A DNA stretch of 64,000 bases from an uncultured Candidatus Saccharibacteria bacterium (lineage in GTDB: Bacteria; Patescibacteriota; Saccharimonadia; Saccharimonadales; Saccharimonadaceae), in assembly GCA_964641025.1 (NCBI GenBank), contig CAZXJP010000005.1, positions 21,628 through 85,627 on the forward strand. Direction: 5' to 3'. Below, piece by piece: positions 62,800 to 64,000 of the stretch (its first letter is position 1; each line of letters opens with the position of its first letter). A program made the translations under genes and the position numbers. The notes beneath the pieces were generated by a model, which was not told the DNA's origin, searched no databases, and worked only from the letters and a program-made list of their open reading frames with translations.

Positions 62800-63407
62800 C
62801 GCCCAAACCAGCTTCGAAATAGGTCATCGCTCCAGCTACTATAACTACGGTATCTGTCCCTGTCGTCTCTGTCATCAGAACGGTCATACCAACGTTTGTA
62901 CGATTTCTTTTCTCCTTCATTGCTCTTGTCGTTATCATCTTGTTTCTTGTTACTCGTAGCGCTCTTTGGCTTTTCGTCAGGCTTTTCATAAGTGTCCACG
63001 GTCTCGCTCACCTGGACCTCCGGTATATCCTTCATATCCATAGTCTTTAGCTCTTTGGTTTGCTGTTCCGCTAGGTCATCATCCTTGGTTGGTAACACAA
63101 AAGCCTGAATATTGTCAGTAACTTGTTTTACGGCATATAGCGCCGATCCAGGAGTCGAAAACTGCGCTACTGCGACAATCAACATAGCCACGGCAAAGCC
63201 GCCCGCCAGTGACCAACCAGCAAACCGTGGCATTGCGAACGTCGATCCTGACATGGCACGAATTTTACGATGTGTAGCCTCTGACGCCTTGGGCTTTTTC
63301 ATTTCATGCAAATCCCGCGCCGTCATCAGCAACTGCTCGATTTTGCGCTCATCCGCGTCGTCCTCGGTCAGCTCTTCTTTTAATTTTTCGTAGTTCATCC
63401 GTCTCAT
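62796..63407 (-). CDS. single-pass membrane protein, putative anti-sigma factor
   Basis: Overlaps the stop of the ECF sigma gene. Cytoplasmic N-terminus, TM helix, then the extracytoplasmic motif PGSALYAVKQ. Arg/Asp-rich tail. Confidence 0.5.
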   Translation of the reverse strand: MRRMNYEKLKEELTEDDADERKIEQLLMTARDLHEMKKPKASEATHRKIRAMSGSTFAMPRFAGWSLAGGFAVAMLIVAVAQFSTPGSALYAVKQVTDNIQAFVLPTKDDDLAEQQTKELKTMDMKDIPEVQVSETVDTYEKPDEKPKSATSNKKQDDNDKSNEGEKKSYKRWYDRSDDRDDRDRYRSYSSWSDDLFRSWFGR

Positions 63408-63886
63408 GATAATTTACCTTTTAATTTCTTTAGCGCGCGGTGTTGCAGTACACGCACGTTGCTTTCACTGATATCCAACGCCTCGGCTGTTTGCTTGGCA
63501 GAATATCCCTCTATGAATCGTAACGTCACTATCGATCGCATTAGCGGCTTTAACGTCCCGATAGCTTTGTATATTCGCTCACGCTCAATAGCTTCCTCTG
63601 TCATTTTCTCTACGCTTTTACGTTCGTCGACTATTTCGATGCTTTCGTCCAATGGTAAGGGTTTTTTGCGTCGCCAATGGTCAATCAGCTTGTTTTTGGC
63701 AATTTTGTATAGCCAGCCTCGTTCATGCTTACCGTCAAACGTGTCTATTTTGTCCCACGCCATGGCGAAAGTGTCCGCAGTTAGGTCCTCGGACAGTTCT
63801 ACTTCTCTGGTATTAGCCAGAAAAAACCTGAATATATCGTCAGTGTATGTTTTATACATCTTTTCGAACCTTCTTTTCTTTCGCAT
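63404..63886 (-). CDS. ECF-type RNA polymerase sigma-70 factor
   Basis: Region 2 (DLTADTFAMAW ... WLYKIAKNKLIDHWRR) and region 4 HTH (SAKQTAEALDISESNVRVLQHRALKKL). Confidence 0.85.
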   Translation of the reverse strand: MRKKRRFEKMYKTYTDDIFRFFLANTREVELSEDLTADTFAMAWDKIDTFDGKHERGWLYKIAKNKLIDHWRRKKPLPLDESIEIVDERKSVEKMTEEAIERERIYKAIGTLKPLMRSIVTLRFIEGYSAKQTAEALDISESNVRVLQHRALKKLKGKLS

Positions 63887-63942
63887 TCTGTTCTATCATA
63901 CATCACGCGCTAATTGCCCTACGCTAATTCCCCTACATAGTA

Positions 63943-63982
63943 TGTAACGTTTGTGTTACCGGTTCGTTACATATTGTGTAAC
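63943..63982. promoter_or_regulatory. four phased GTWAC half-sites / symmetric ECF-like promoter pair
   Basis: TGTAAC-N16-CGTTA can be read on both strands (63943-63969 on plus, 63971-63945 on minus). GTAAC/GTTAC sites start at 63944, 63955, 63966 and 63978. Confidence 0.45.
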
Positions 63983-63996
63983 CAAAGGAGGGTTTC

Positions 63997-64000
63997 ATGA
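63997..64000 (+). CDS. start of a plus-strand gene cut by the window end
   Basis: AAGGAGGG at 63985-63992 followed by ATG 63997. Confidence 0.3.

Overview
This 64-kb window looks like chromosomal DNA from a small-genome Patescibacteria/CPR bacterium. My best guess is Saccharibacteria/TM7. That guess is an inference from the r-protein and EF-Tu sequences, the absence of rpmD, adk and map from the ribosomal superoperon, and the many short orphan genes.

The backbone is on the minus strand: fusA, tuf, and the S10-spc-alpha ribosomal superoperon with rplM-rpsI (29.9-47.7 kb), then trpS, rluD and holB. This normally contiguous block is broken at four junctions by small accessory inserts: fusA|tuf, tuf|rpsJ, rpsJ|rplC and secY|infA.

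The left third carries:
- a divergent MoxR-like AAA+ / VWA gene pair with a coupled orphan gene
- a complete six-gene C50-carotenoid-type cluster (crtE-crtB-crtI-crtYe-crtYf-crtEb)
- an ATP-grasp gene, tRNA-Trp, and a CcdA/thioredoxin pair
- an alpha-glucan cluster (glycogen-synthase-like GT, GH57, GH15)
- rpmG and an acyl-ACP desaturase
- a Thr-Tyr-Thr tRNA cluster split by a 2-kb island of decaying paralogous orphan genes

The right end carries orphan genes, a DUF202-PAP2-DagK lipid block, YajQ, and an ECF sigma/anti-sigma pair next to a symmetric promoter-like element.

I recognised no rRNA, CRISPR array, transposase or integrase.

All protein calls rest on motifs and family patterns read by eye from the supplied translations. 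No searches or computations were run. Coordinates of non-ORF features were hand-counted and anchored to neighbouring ORF ends.
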